From Eledone cirrhosa (taxonomy: Eukaryota): 64,000 nt of DNA. The position numbers were made by a program, and so were the translations under genes. Under the pieces are notes generated by a model. The model saw only the letters and a program-made list of their open reading frames with translations. It was not told the DNA's origin and did no database searches. This document shows positions 35,919-51,600 of this stretch, one piece after another. The stretch lies in assembly GCA_964016885.1 (NCBI GenBank), contig OZ024743.1, positions 366,792,001 to 366,856,000 on the forward strand. The letters run 5' to 3'. Position 1 is the first letter of the stretch. Every line of letters begins with the position of its first letter.

Positions 35919-35973
35919 ATATATATATATATATAGTGTGTAACGTTTTTCGAAATATTTACTTCTGTGTTCA

Positions 35974-36047
35974 CAGATTTATTATTTTAGTTTCTGAAGA
36001 TCCCATTAAGGGTGAAAGCAGCGATTCTTTGCTTAAACTTTAATCTG
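35974..36047 (+). ncRNA. Candidate type I hammerhead ribozyme (possibly decayed)
   Basis: AGTTT-CTGAAGA-tCCCattaaGGGt-GAAA-GCA..TGC-TT-AAACT, plus distal CAGATT/AATCTG pairing. Confidence 0.5.
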
Positions 36048-36538
36048 CTATTTTATATATATATAATTATATATTCGTGTACAGATATTTTTGCATACAC
36101 ATATAAACAAAAGTATTTATTTCGCGATAAAGTATTGATTTTCTTCAAGCGGAAAAAAACCCTGGTAATGTACGACAAATTTTTTTTATAAGCACAAAAT
36201 GTAGACACCAACCCGAGGCCGAGGTATTCCGTACTTCTCTGTACTGTTATTTATATATTCGTGTACAGATATTTTTGCATACGCAATAACAAAATATAAA
36301 CAAACGTATTTACTTCACGAGGCTCGATAAGGATAAATATATATCAAATATATAAGAACCCTAGAGCAAATCCCGAGCAACGCCAGGCCATTCTGCTAGT
36401 TATTATTGATATTTATCCTTATTTACACACCCTTTATGTGCGTACTGCTCCCACCATTCTCAATTTATTCATTCCCTTCTTTTCTATTTCCTCATCCATT
36501 GACACACACAACCCACATGCCCCAGCCTCTTTATATAT

Positions 36539-37923
36539 AGGAATTTAGCGTACAGGTTGGGGTCCACCAGGGCTCTGTTCTTAGCCCTCTCCTGTTCATC
36601 ATAGTCCTGCAGGCAATAACGGAGGAGTTTAAGACCGGATGCCCATGGGAACTCCTGTATGCTGATGACCTCGCACTCATAGCTGAATCTATGGTAGAAC
36701 TAGAGAATAAATTCCAAACCTGGAAGCAGGGACTAGAGAGAAAGGGCCTCAAAGTCAACATGACAAAGACTAAGGTCCTTATAAGTAGACGAGAAAACAG
36801 AACCCAGATCCCCTCAGGGAAATGGCCTTGCTCAGTATGTAGGAAAGGTGTAGGTAGGAACTCCATTCTTTGCCCCAAATGCAAACAATGGGTACACAAG
36901 AGATGTAGCGGGATCTCAGGAAGCTTAATTAAGAATGTAGGATTCACATGCAGCAGCTGTGCTGAAACAGCAAGCAAACAGCCACAGGAAACAAGTACCA
37001 CCAATCTCTGGGAGGGCCCTGTAGAAACAGTAGACAGCTTCTGCTACCTAGGTGACCGAATTAGCAACGGAGGTGGGTGCTCAGAAAGTACAATAACTAG
37101 GGTAAGAACGGGATGGAAGAAGTTTAGGGAACTACTACCACTGCTAGCTGCAAAAGGCTTCTCCCTCAGAATGAAAGGCAGACTGTATGATGCGTGTATC
37201 CGAACAGCGATGTTGCATGGTAGTGAGACCTGGGCGCTGAAGGTGGAAGACTTACGTAGATTAGAGAGAAACGAAGCCTGCATGCTCCGATGGATGTGTA
37301 ACAGTAATATACGTGAACGACAAAGCATAAATGAATTGAGAGAGAGACTGAGCATAAGAGGAATCAAATGCTGCGTGCAGGAGAGGCGGTTACGCTGGTA
37401 TGGACATGTGATGCGTATGAAGGATGACAGCTGCATAAAAAGGTGCAGAGCACTAGAAGTTGATGGAAACCGCGGAGTGGGGAGACCCAAGATGACTTGG
37501 GATGAGGTGATAAAAGCCGACCTTACCCAACTACACCTCTCAAAGTCAATGACACACGACCGTGACTTCTGGCGTCACGCAGTAATACAGGGTACCCGAC
37601 CTCCCATGGGTACATGCTGAAGCATATAAACAATATGCCCCCCCCCCCCCCCACCGCAAGGTGGTCGTGGAGGTGCCACGGCAAAAAAGCACCCAGCCCA
37701 CACTGTAAAGTGGACGTGTAGGCGCCACGAAAAAGCACCCAGCACTCACTGTAAATGAGGTTGGTGTTAGGAAGGGCATCCAGCTGTAGAAATCAAGCCA
37801 GATCAGTTCCTGTATGAGCAAGGCATGGTCAGCCGACCAGACACTGCCCACAACAGGACAACCCGTCTAACCCATGCTAGCGTGGAAGAACGGACGTAAA
37901 ACGGTGATGATGATGATGATGAT
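36539..37923 (+). mobile_element. RTE-clade LINE (family B2), 5'-truncated, intact RT C-terminal ORF to 37620 plus 3' UTR
   Basis: GVHQGSVLSPLLF, LLYADD, PHD-like insert, RLRWYGHVMRM; (GAT)n tail; possible ATATATAG target-site duplication. Confidence 0.95.
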
Positions 37924-38108
37924 ATATAGCTTAGTGATTCTGAAGACGATCGATTGAACAGGAATTTCGAGACTAATAGTGACGTAACCACTACCATGAT
38001 AGTCGATACATCGATCTTCCACAATCAATCAATCCTTTGAAACGATCATAAAAAAATGAACTAATTTAATACCTATCTCTGACTTTCTTTTTGTTTTCGT
38101 TGTTCTAT

Positions 38109-38116
<8 letters not shown>

Positions 38117-38163
<47 letters not shown>
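38117..38163. repeat. (TA)n microsatellite
   Basis: Direct inspection. Confidence 0.95.
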
Positions 38164-38166
<3 letters not shown>

Positions 38167-38243
38167 TGATATAATGAGACAGGATGTGGAAAACAGTATC
38201 TCAGAAGTTAACAGCGTAGGAAAATTTAATGTGCTGTTCTTAA

Positions 38244-38479
38244 CCCTTTTGATATCAAACCACTCGTGGTTCTATCATGAAAAACTGCTTCTTTTAAAAG
38301 TGTTTGTGTTTAAATTCAAACTTTCCATAATTTCTTGTAGGAACCTTTTTTTCATGTTTTAAACATCAACTTAATAACAGGAAAGTTAGTTATGACTAAA
38401 TCCCTCCATTTTTTTTATTCTAAAAATTAATTGACAATAATAGGCAGTGTCATTTATTAGAAATATGGTATGGAAAGGG
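38244..38479. mobile_element. TTAA-flanked MITE (second CCCTTT-TIR family; decayed relatives near 11820, 12240, 31805, 39435)
   Basis: TTAA|CCCTTTTGATATC ... GGTATGGAAAGGG|TTAA. Confidence 0.65.
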
Positions 38480-39657
38480 TTAAAGCTAGCTATTCGAAAC
38501 TAAAAAGTCAGAAAAAAGTTGACCAAATATATTTATTAAACGAAATGCTCAATATTATTAAACATAGAAAAATGTGATGGTGATAAGAGAAAAGTTCCCA
38601 TATTTCATCCAAATAACATAAACTCTGACCCTGCCATCATTACTGATTAGATACCCTAATTAAAATAGTTCATCACCATGTTTTCCAGTTACATGGATTA
38701 GGTTAATAAAATCACATCTATCACTTCAGATAATCAACTAAAAGACAATGGATTTGTATAATGTCTTTTGACAACCTAGTTACAGTAGAGTTAGTGTAAG
38801 CATGCTATTTATGCATGAAATGCCATTTATATCTAATGTGCATCCAGGTTGTACTGCCTACATTCACAATATTCACTTCCACCATTACTTTTCTATTGGA
38901 CCTCCATCAGTTCCAACAATGGGTGTTTTAGTTAATACAAACAATGGAACAACCTGCTTGTGAGATTAACATGCAAGTGGTTGAGCATTTCACAGGCACT
39001 TGTATCCTTAATGTAGTTAAGGATAAAATAAGTGTCTTGCTCAAGGACATAACACAGTACTGGGTAAACTTATGGCCTTACGATCATGAGCCAAACATCC
39101 TAGCCACTAAGCCTTTTCATCTAGGCCACAAGTCTTCACAAACTAATCCTATGAAATGAATATTAAAGAACATAATCAACGTTTTGTATTCCAGCTCTAA
39201 AATTAAACAAAGCAGATTTTAATGCTACACCAGGTTTTCTAAGTCTCTCTCTATGGCATCAGAAAATAAGTTAAAAGTAGATCTCAGATAGATTCATTAG
39301 AAACAACAAAAATACTATTCAATTGTGATTAATCAAGAACTTATTTGAATTAACATTATAGTCAAGCTGGATTATAAAGGTTAATAAAACTCATAATAAA
39401 GTCAGGTAAAAACATGTAAGTTAACATTTTTAACCCTTTCATTTCTGTATTTCTAATGAAAGAAACTGCCAATGATTTTCAAATAATTATTAAAAGAATC
39501 AATAATTTAAAGGGATTTAATAATAAGTGAGTATTTGCAATATATTTAACAAAGGTTCTTTCATAGATAAAAATAATTTAATATGAATAATTTTTTTATC
39601 GCAGAATCAGGGATATTTTCAAACAGTTAGTTTGGTATCAAAAAAGGCAAAATATGT

Positions 39658-42600
39658 ATACACAACAACCACTATCACAACCATGTCTGCAACCACCATC
39701 ATAGCATACTCAACCATACACAACCATGTCTGCCACCACCATCATAGCATACTCAACCATACACAACAACACTATCACAACCATGTCTGCCACCACCATC
39801 ATAGCAAACTCAACCATACACAACCATGTCTGCCACCACCATCATAGCATACTCAACCATACACAACAACACTATCACAACCATGTCTGCCACCACCATC
39901 ATAGCATACTCAACCATACACAACACTATCACAACCATGTCTGCCACCACCATCATAGCATACTCAACCATACACAACACTATCACAACCATGTCTGCCA
40001 CCACCATCATAGCATACTCAACCATACACAACAACACTATCACAACCATGTCTGCCACCACCATCATAGCATACTCAACCATACACAACACTATCACAAC
40101 CATGTCTGCCACCACCATCATAGCATACTCAACCATACACAACAACCACTATCACAACCATGTCTGCCACCACCATCATAGCATACTCAACCAGACACAA
40201 CAACACTATCACAACCATGTCTACCACCACCATCATAGCATACTCAACCATACACAACAACCACTATCACAACCATGTCTGCCACCACCATCATAGCATA
40301 CTCAACCATACACAACAACCACTATCACAACCATGTCTACCACCACCATCATAGCATACTCAACCATACACAACACTATCACAACCATGTCTGCCACCAC
40401 CATCATAGCATACTCAACCATACACAACAATCACTATCACAACCATGTCTACCACCACCATCATGGCATACTCAACCATACACAACAACCACTATCACAA
40501 CCATGTCTGCCACCACCATCATAGCATACTCAACCATACACAACACTATCACAACCATGTCTGCCACCACCATCATAGCATACTCAACCATACACAACAA
40601 TCACTATCACAACCATGTCTACCACCACCATCATGGCATACTCAACCATACACAACAACCACTATCACAACCATGTCTGCCACCACCATCATAGCATACT
40701 CAACCATACATAACAACACTATCACAACCATGTCTGCCACCACCATCATAGCATACTCAACCATACACAACACTATCACAACCATGTCTGCCACCACCAT
40801 CATAGCATACTCAACCATACACAACAACACTATCACAACCATGTCTGCCACCACCATCATAGCATACTCAACCATACACAACAACCACTATCACAACCAT
40901 GTCTGCCACCACCATCATAGCATACTCAACCATACACAACAACACTATCACAACCATGTCTGCCACCACCATCATAGCATACTCAACCATACACAACAAC
41001 CACTATCACAACCATGTCTATCACCACCATCATAGCATACTCAACCATACACAACAATCACTATCACAACCATGTCTGCCACCACCATCATAGCATACTC
41101 AACCATACACAACAACCACTATCACAACCATGTCTACCACCACCATCATAGCATACTCAACCATACACAACAACCACTATCACAACCATGTCTATCACAA
41201 CCATGTCTACCACCACCATCATAGCATACTCAACCATACACAACAACCACTATCACAACCATGTCTACCACCACCATCATAGCATACTTAACCATACACA
41301 ACAACACTATCACAACCATGTCTACCACCACCATCATGGCATACTCAACCATACACAACAACACTATCACAACCATGTCTGCCACCACCATCATAGCATA
41401 CTCAACCATACACAACAACACTATCACAACCATGTCTGCCACCACCATCATGACATACTCAACCATACACAATAACACTATCACAACCATGTCTGCCACC
41501 ACCATCATAGCATACTCAACCAAACACAACAACACTATCACAACCATGTCTGCCACCACCATCATAGCATACTCAACCATACACAACAACACTATCACAA
41601 CCATGTCTGCCACCACCATCATAGCATACTCAACCATACACAACAACACTATCACAACCATGTCTACCACCACCATCATAGCATACTCAACCATACACAA
41701 CAACACTATCACAACCATGTCTGCCACCACCATCATGGCATACTCAACCATACACAACAACCACTATCACAACCATGTCTGCAACCACCATCATCGCATA
41801 CTCAACCATACACAACAACACTATCACAACCATGTCTGACACCACCATCATGGCATACTCGACCATACACAACCACTATCACAACCATGTCTACCACCAC
41901 CATCATAGCATACTCAACCATACACAACACTATCACAACCATGTCTGCCACCACCATCATGGCATACTCAACCATACACAACACTATCACAACCATGTCT
42001 GCCACCACCATCATAGCATACTCAACCATATACAACACTATCACAACCATGTCTACCACCACCATCATAGCATACTCAACCATACACAACAACACTATCA
42101 CAACCATGTCTGCCACCACCATCATGGCATACTCAACCATACACAACAACCACTATCACAACCATGTCTACCACCACCATCATAGCATACTCAACCATAC
42201 ACAACAACACTATCACAACCATGTCTGCCACCACCATCATGACATACTCAACCATACACAACAACACTATCACAACCATGTCTGCCACCACCATCATGAC
42301 ATACTCAACCATACACAACAACACTATCACAACCATGTCTACCACCACCATCATAGCATACTCAACCATACACAACAACACTATCACAACCATGTCTACC
42401 ACCACCATCATAGCATACTCAACCATACACAACAACACTATCACAACCATGTCTACCACCACCATCATAGCATACTCAACCATACACAACAACCACTATC
42501 ACAACCATGTCTACCACCACCATCATAGCATACTCAACCATACACAACAACACTATCACAACCATGTCTACCACCACCATCATAGCATACTCAACCATAC

Positions 42601-45600
42601 ACAACAATCACTATCACAACCATGTCTGCCACCGCCATCATGGCATACTCAACCATACACAACAACCACTATCACAACCATGTCTACCACCACCATCATA
42701 GCATACTCAACCATACACAACAATCACTATCACAACCATGTCTGCCACCACCATCATAGCATACTCAACCATACACAACAACCACTATCACAACCATGTC
42801 TGCCACCACCATCATAGCATACTCAACCATACACAACAACCACTATCACAACCATGTCTGCCACCACCATCATAGCATACTCAACCATACACAACAACCA
42901 CTATCACAACCATGTCTGCCACCACCATCATAGCATACTCAACCATACACAACAACCACTATCACAACCATGTCTGCCACCACCATCATAGCATACTCAA
43001 CCATACACAACAACACTATCACAACCATGTCTGCCACCACCATCATAGCATACTCAACCATACACAACAACACTATCACAACCATGTCTACCACCACCAT
43101 CATAGCATACTCAACCATACACAACAATCACTATCACAACCATGTCTGCCACCACCATCATAGCATACTCAACCATACACAACAACCACTATCACAACCA
43201 TGTCTACCACCACCATCATAGCATACTCAACCATACACAACAACCACTATCACAACCATGTCTACCACCACCATCATAGCATACTCAACCATACACAACA
43301 ATCACTATCACAACCATGTCTGCCACCACCATCATAGCATACTCAACCATACACAACAACCACTATCACAACCATGTCTACCACCACCATCATAGCATAC
43401 TCAACCATACACAACAACCACTATCACAACCATGTCTACCACCACCATCATAGCATACTCAACCATACACAACAACCACTATCACAACCATGTCTACCAC
43501 CACCATCATAGCATACTCAACCATACACAACAATCACTATCACAACCATGTCTGCCACCACCATCATAGCATACTCAACCATACACAACAACCACTATCA
43601 CAACCATGTCTACCACCACCATCATAGCATACTCAACCATACACAACAACCACTATCACAACCATGTCTGCCACCACCATCATAGCATACTCAACCATAC
43701 ACAACAACCACTATCACAACCATGTCTGCCACCACCATCATAGCATACTCAACCATACACAACAACCACTATCACAACCATGTCTGCCACCACCATCATA
43801 GCATACTCAACCATACACAACAACACTATCACAACCATGTCTGCCACCACCATCATAGCATACTCAACCATACACAACAACACTATCACAACCATGTCTA
43901 CCACCACCATCATAGCATACTCAACCATACACAACAATCACTATCACAACCATGTCTGCCACCACCATCATAGCATACTCAACCATACACAACAACACTA
44001 CAACAACCATGTCTACCACCACCATCATAGCATACTCAACCATACACAACCATGTCTACCACAACCATCATAGCATACTCAACCATACACAACAACACTA
44101 TCACAACCATGTCTGCAACCACCATCATAGCATACTCAACCATACACAACAACACTACAACAACCATGTCTACCACCACCATCATAGCATACTCAACCAT
44201 ACACAACAACACTATCACAACCATGTCTACCACAACCATCATAGCATACTCAACCATACACAACAACCACTATCACAACCATGTCTGCCACAACCATCAT
44301 AGCATACTCAGCCATACACAACAACCACTATCACAACCATGTCTACCACCACCATCATAGCATACTCAACCATACACAACAACACTATCACAACCATGTC
44401 TACCACCACCATCATAGCATACTCAACCATACACAACAACACTATCACAACCATGTCTACCACCACCATCATAGCATACTCAACCGTACACAACCATGTC
44501 TGCCACCACCATCATAGCATACTCAACCATACACAACAACACTATCACAACCATGTCTACAACCACCATCATGGCATACACAACCACTATCACAACCATG
44601 TCTGCCACCACCATCATAGCATACTCAACCATACACAACAACACTATCACAACCATGTCTACCACCACCATCATAGCATACTCAACCATACACAACAACA
44701 CTATCACAACCATGTCTACCACCACCATCATGGCATACTCAACCATACACAACCATGTCTACCACCACCATCATAGCATACTCAACCATACACAACACTA
44801 TCACAACTATGTCTACCACCACCATCATAGCATACTCAACCATACACAACAACCACTATCACAACCATGTCTACCACCACCATCATAGCATACTCAACCA
44901 TACACAACAACCTCTATCACAACCATGTCTACCACCACCATCAAGGCATACTCAATCATACACAACAACACTATCACAACCATGTCTACCACCACCATCA
45001 TAGCCTACTCAACCATACACAACAACACTATCACAACCATGTCTGCCACCACCATCATGACATATTCAACCATACACAACAACCGCTATCACAACCATGT
45101 CTACCACCACCATCAAGGCATACTCAACCATACACAACAACCACTATCACAACCATGTCTACCACCACGATCATGGCATACTCAACCATACACAACAACC
45201 ACTATCACAACCATGTCTGCCACCACCATCATAGCATACTCAACCATACACAACAATCACTATCACAACCATGTCTGCCACCACCATCATGGCATACTCA
45301 ACCATACACAACAACACTATCACAACCATGTCTACCACCACCATCATAGCATACTCAACCATACACAACAACACTATCACAACCATGTCAACCACCACCA
45401 TCATAGCATACTCAACCATACACAACAACCACTATTACAACCATGTCTACCACCATCATCATGGCATACTCAACCATACACAACAACCACTATCACAACC
45501 ATGTCTGCCACCACCATCATAGCATACTCAACCATACACAACAACCACTATCAGAACCATGTCTACCACCACCATCATAATATACTCAACCATACACAAC

Positions 45601-48600
45601 CATGTCTACCACCACCATCATAGCATACTCAACCATACACAACAATCACTATCACAACCATGTCTACCACCACCAATATAGCATACTCAACCATACACAA
45701 CAACCACTATCACAACCATGTCTGCCACCACCATCATGGCATACTCAACCATGCACAACAACCACTATCACAACCATGTCTACCACCACCATCATAACAT
45801 ACTCAACCATACACAACAACCACTATCACAACCATGTCTACAACCACCATCATAACATACTCAACCATACACAACAATCACTATCACAACCATGTCTGCC
45901 ACCACCATCATAGCATACTCAACCATACACAACAATCACTATCACAACCATGTCTGCCACCGCCATCATGGCATACTCAACCATACACAACAACCACTAT
46001 CACAACCATGTCTGCCACCACCATCATAGCATACTCAACCATACACAACAACCACTATCACAACCATGTCTACCACCACCATCATAGCATACTCAACCAT
46101 ACACAACAACCACTATCACAACCATGTCTACCACCACCATCATAGCATACTCAACCATACACAACAACCACTATCACAACCATGTCTACCACCACCATCA
46201 TAGCATACTCAACCATACACAACAATCACTATCACAACCATGTCTGCCACCACCATCATAGCATACTCAACCATACACAACAACCACTATCACAACCATG
46301 TCTACCACCACCATCATAGCATACTCAACCATACACAACAACCACTATCACAACCATGTCTGCCACCACCATCATAGCATACTCAACCATACACAACAAC
46401 CACTATCACAACCATGTCTGCCACCACCATCATAGCATACTCAACCATACACAACAACCACTATCACAACCATGTCTGCCACCACCATCATAGCATACTC
46501 AACCATACACAACAACACTATCACAACCATGTCTGCCACCACCATCATAGCATACTCAACCATACACAACAACACTATCACAACCATGTCTACCACCACC
46601 ATCATAGCATACTCAACCATACACAACAATCACTATCACAACCATGTCTGCCACCACCATCATAGCATACTCAACCATACACAACAACACTACAACAACC
46701 ATGTCTACCACCACCATCATAGCATACTCAACCATACACAACCATGTCTACCACAACCATCATAGCATACTCAACCATACACAACAACACTATCACAACC
46801 ATGTCTGCAACCACCATCATAGCATACTCAACCATACACAACAACACTACAACAACCATGTCTACCACCACCATCATAGCATACTCAACCATACACAACA
46901 ACACTATCACAACCATGTCTACCACAACCATCATAGCATACTCAACCATACACAACAACCACTATCACAACCATGTCTGCCACAACCATCATAGCATACT
47001 CAGCCATACACAACAACCACTATCACAACCATGTCTACCACCACCATCATAGCATACTCAACCATACACAACAACACTATCACAACCATGTCTACCACCA
47101 CCATCATAGCATACTCAACCATACACAACAACACTATCACAACCATGTCTACCACCACCATCATAGCATACTCAACCGTACACAACCATGTCTGCCACCA
47201 CCATCATAGCATACTCAACCATACACAACAACACTATCACAACCATGTCTACAACCACCATCATGGCATACACAACCACTATCACAACCATGTCTGCCAC
47301 CACCATCATAGCATACTCAACCATACACAACAACACTATCACAACCATGTCTACCACCACCATCATAGCATACTCAACCATACACAACAACACTATCACA
47401 ACCATGTCTACCACCACCATCATAGCATACTCAACCATACACAACAACCACTATCACAACCATGTCTGCCACCACCATCATAGCATACTCAACCATACAC
47501 AACAACCACTATCACAACCATGTCTGCCACCACCATCATAGCATACTCAACCATACACAACAACCACTATCACAACCATGTCTGCCACCACCATCATAGC
47601 ATACTCAACCATACACAACAACACTATCACAACCATGTCTGCCACCACCATCATAGCATACTCAACCATACACAACAACACTATCACAACCATGTCTACC
47701 ACCACCATCATAGCATACTCAACCATACACAACAATCACTATCACAACCATGTCTGCCACCACCATCATAGCATACTCAACCATACACAACAACACTACA
47801 ACAACCATGTCTACCACCACCATCATAGCATACTCAACCATACACAACCATGTCTACCACAACCATCATAGCATACTCAACCATACACAACAACACTATC
47901 ACAACCATGTCTGCAACCACCATCATAGCATACTCAACCATACACAACAACACTACAACAACCATGTCTACCACCACCATCATAGCATACTCAACCATAC
48001 ACAACAACACTATCACAACCATGTCTACCACAACCATCATAGCATACTCAACCATACACAACAACCACTATCACAACCATGTCTGCCACAACCATCATAG
48101 CATACTCAGCCATACACAACAACCACTATCACAACCATGTCTACCACCACCATCATAGCATACTCAACCATACACAACAACACTATCACAACCATGTCTA
48201 CCACCACCATCATAGCATACTCAACCATACACAACAACACTATCACAACCATGTCTACCACCACCATCATAGCATACTCAACCGTACACAACCATGTCTG
48301 CCACCACCATCATAGCATACTCAACCATACACAACAACACTATCACAACCATGTCTACAACCACCATCATGGCATACACAACCACTATCACAACCATGTC
48401 TGCCACCACCATCATAGCATACTCAACCATACACAACAACACTATCACAACCATGTCTACCACCACCATCATAGCATACTCAACCATACACAACAACACT
48501 ATCACAACCATGTCTACCACCACCATCATGGCATACTCAACCATACACAACCATGTCTACCACCACCATCATAGCATACTCAACCATACACAACACTATC

Positions 48601-51600
48601 ACAACTATGTCTACCACCACCATCATAGCATACTCAACCATACACAACAACCACTATCACAACCATGTCTACCACCACCATCATAGCATACTCAACCATA
48701 CACAACAACCTCTATCACAACCATGTCTACCACCACCATCAAGGCATACTCAATCATACACAACAACACTATCACAACCATGTCTACCACCACCATCATA
48801 GCCTACTCAACCATACACAACAACACTATCACAACCATGTCTGCCACCACCATCATGACATATTCAACCATACACAACAACCGCTATCACAACCATGTCT
48901 ACCACCACCATCAAGGCATACTCAACCATACACAACAACCACTATCACAACCATGTCTACCACCACGATCATGGCATACTCAACCATACACAACAACCAC
49001 TATCACAACCATGTCTGCCACCACCATCATAGCATACTCAACCATACACAACAATCACTATCACAACCATGTCTGCCACCACCATCATGGCATACTCAAC
49101 CATACACAACAACACTATCACAACCATGTCTACCACCACCATCATAGCATACTCAACCATACACAACAACACTATCACAACCATGTCAACCACCACCATC
49201 ATAGCATACTCAACCATACACAACAACCACTATTACAACCATGTCTACCACCATCATCATGGCATACTCAACCATACACAACAACCACTATCACAACCAT
49301 GTCTGCCACCACCATCATAGCATACTCAACCATACACAACAACCACTATCAGAACCATGTCTACCACCACCATCATAATATACTCAACCATACACAACCA
49401 TGTCTACCACCACCATCATAGCATACTCAACCATACACAACAATCACTATCACAACCATGTCTACCACCACCAATATAGCATACTCAACCATACACAACA
49501 ACCACTATCACAACCATGTCTGCCACCACCATCATGGCATACTCAACCATGCACAACAACCACTATCACAACCATGTCTACCACCACCATCATAACATAC
49601 TCAACCATACACAACAACCACTATCACAACCATGTCTACAACCACCATCATAACATACTCAACCATACACAACAATCACTATCACAACCATGTCTGCCAC
49701 CACCATCATAGCATACTCAACCATACACAACAATCACTATCACAACCATGTCTGCCACCGCCATCATGGCATACTCAACCATACACAACAACCACTATCA
49801 CAACCATGTCTGCCACCACCATCATAGCATACTCAACCATACACAACAACCACTATCACAACCATGTCTACCACCACCATCATAGCATACTCAACCATAC
49901 ACAACAACCACTATCACAACCATGTCTACCACCACCATCATAGCATACTCAACCATACACAACAACCACTATCACAACCATGTCTACCACCACCATCATA
50001 GCATACTCAACCATACACAACAATCACTATCACAACCATGTCTGCCACCACCATCATAGCATACTCAACCATACACAACAACCACTATCACAACCATGTC
50101 TACCACCACCATCATAGCATACTCAACCATACACAACAACCACTATCACAACCATGTCTGCCACCACCATCATAGCATACTCAACCATACACAACAACCA
50201 CTATCACAACCATGTCTGCCACCACCATCATAGCATACTCAACCATACACAACAACCACTATCACAACCATGTCTGCCACCACCATCATAGCATACTCAA
50301 CCATACACAACAACACTATCACAACCATGTCTGCCACCACCATCATAGCATACTCAACCATACACAACAACACTATCACAACCATGTCTACCACCACCAT
50401 CATAGCATACTCAACCATACACAACAATCACTATCACAACCATGTCTGCCACCACCATCATAGCATACTCAACCATACACAACAACACTACAACAACCAT
50501 GTCTACCACCACCATCATAGCATACTCAACCATACACAACCATGTCTACCACAACCATCATAGCATACTCAACCATACACAACAACACTATCACAACCAT
50601 GTCTGCAACCACCATCATAGCATACTCAACCATACACAACAACACTACAACAACCATGTCTACCACCACCATCATAGCATACTCAACCATACACAACAAC
50701 ACTATCACAACCATGTCTACCACAACCATCATAGCATACTCAACCATACACAACAACCACTATCACAACCATGTCTGCCACAACCATCATAGCATACTCA
50801 GCCATACACAACAACCACTATCACAACCATGTCTACCACCACCATCATAGCATACTCAACCATACACAACAACACTATCACAACCATGTCTACCACCACC
50901 ATCATAGCATACTCAACCATACACAACAACACTATCACAACCATGTCTACCACCACCATCATAGCATACTCAACCGTACACAACCATGTCTGCCACCACC
51001 ATCATAGCATACTCAACCATACACAACAACACTATCACAACCATGTCTACAACCACCATCATGGCATACACAACCACTATCACAACCATGTCTGCCACCA
51101 CCATCATAGCATACTCAACCATACACAACAACACTATCACAACCATGTCTACCACCACCATCATAGCATACTCAACCATACACAACAACACTATCACAAC
51201 CATGTCTACCACCACCATCATGGCATACTCAACCATACACAACCATGTCTACCACCACCATCATAGCATACTCAACCATACACAACACTATCACAACTAT
51301 GTCTACCACCACCATCATAGCATACTCAACCATACACAACAACCACTATCACAACCATGTCTACCACCACCATCATAGCATACTCAACCATACACAACAA
51401 CCTCTATCACAACCATGTCTACCACCACCATCAAGGCATACTCAATCATACACAACAACACTATCACAACCATGTCTACCACCACCATCATAGCCTACTC
51501 AACCATACACAACAACACTATCACAACCATGTCTGCCACCACCATCATGACATATTCAACCATACACAACAACCGCTATCACAACCATGTCTACCACCAC

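Larger units (their letters stand above)
35256..36399 (+). mobile_element. Non-autonomous Helitron
   Basis: A|TCTATATTACTAAAA start with a (CTGT)n-like tract; 3' GC-rich hairpin cccgagcaacgccagg and terminal CTAG|T; no target-site duplication. Confidence 0.78.
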
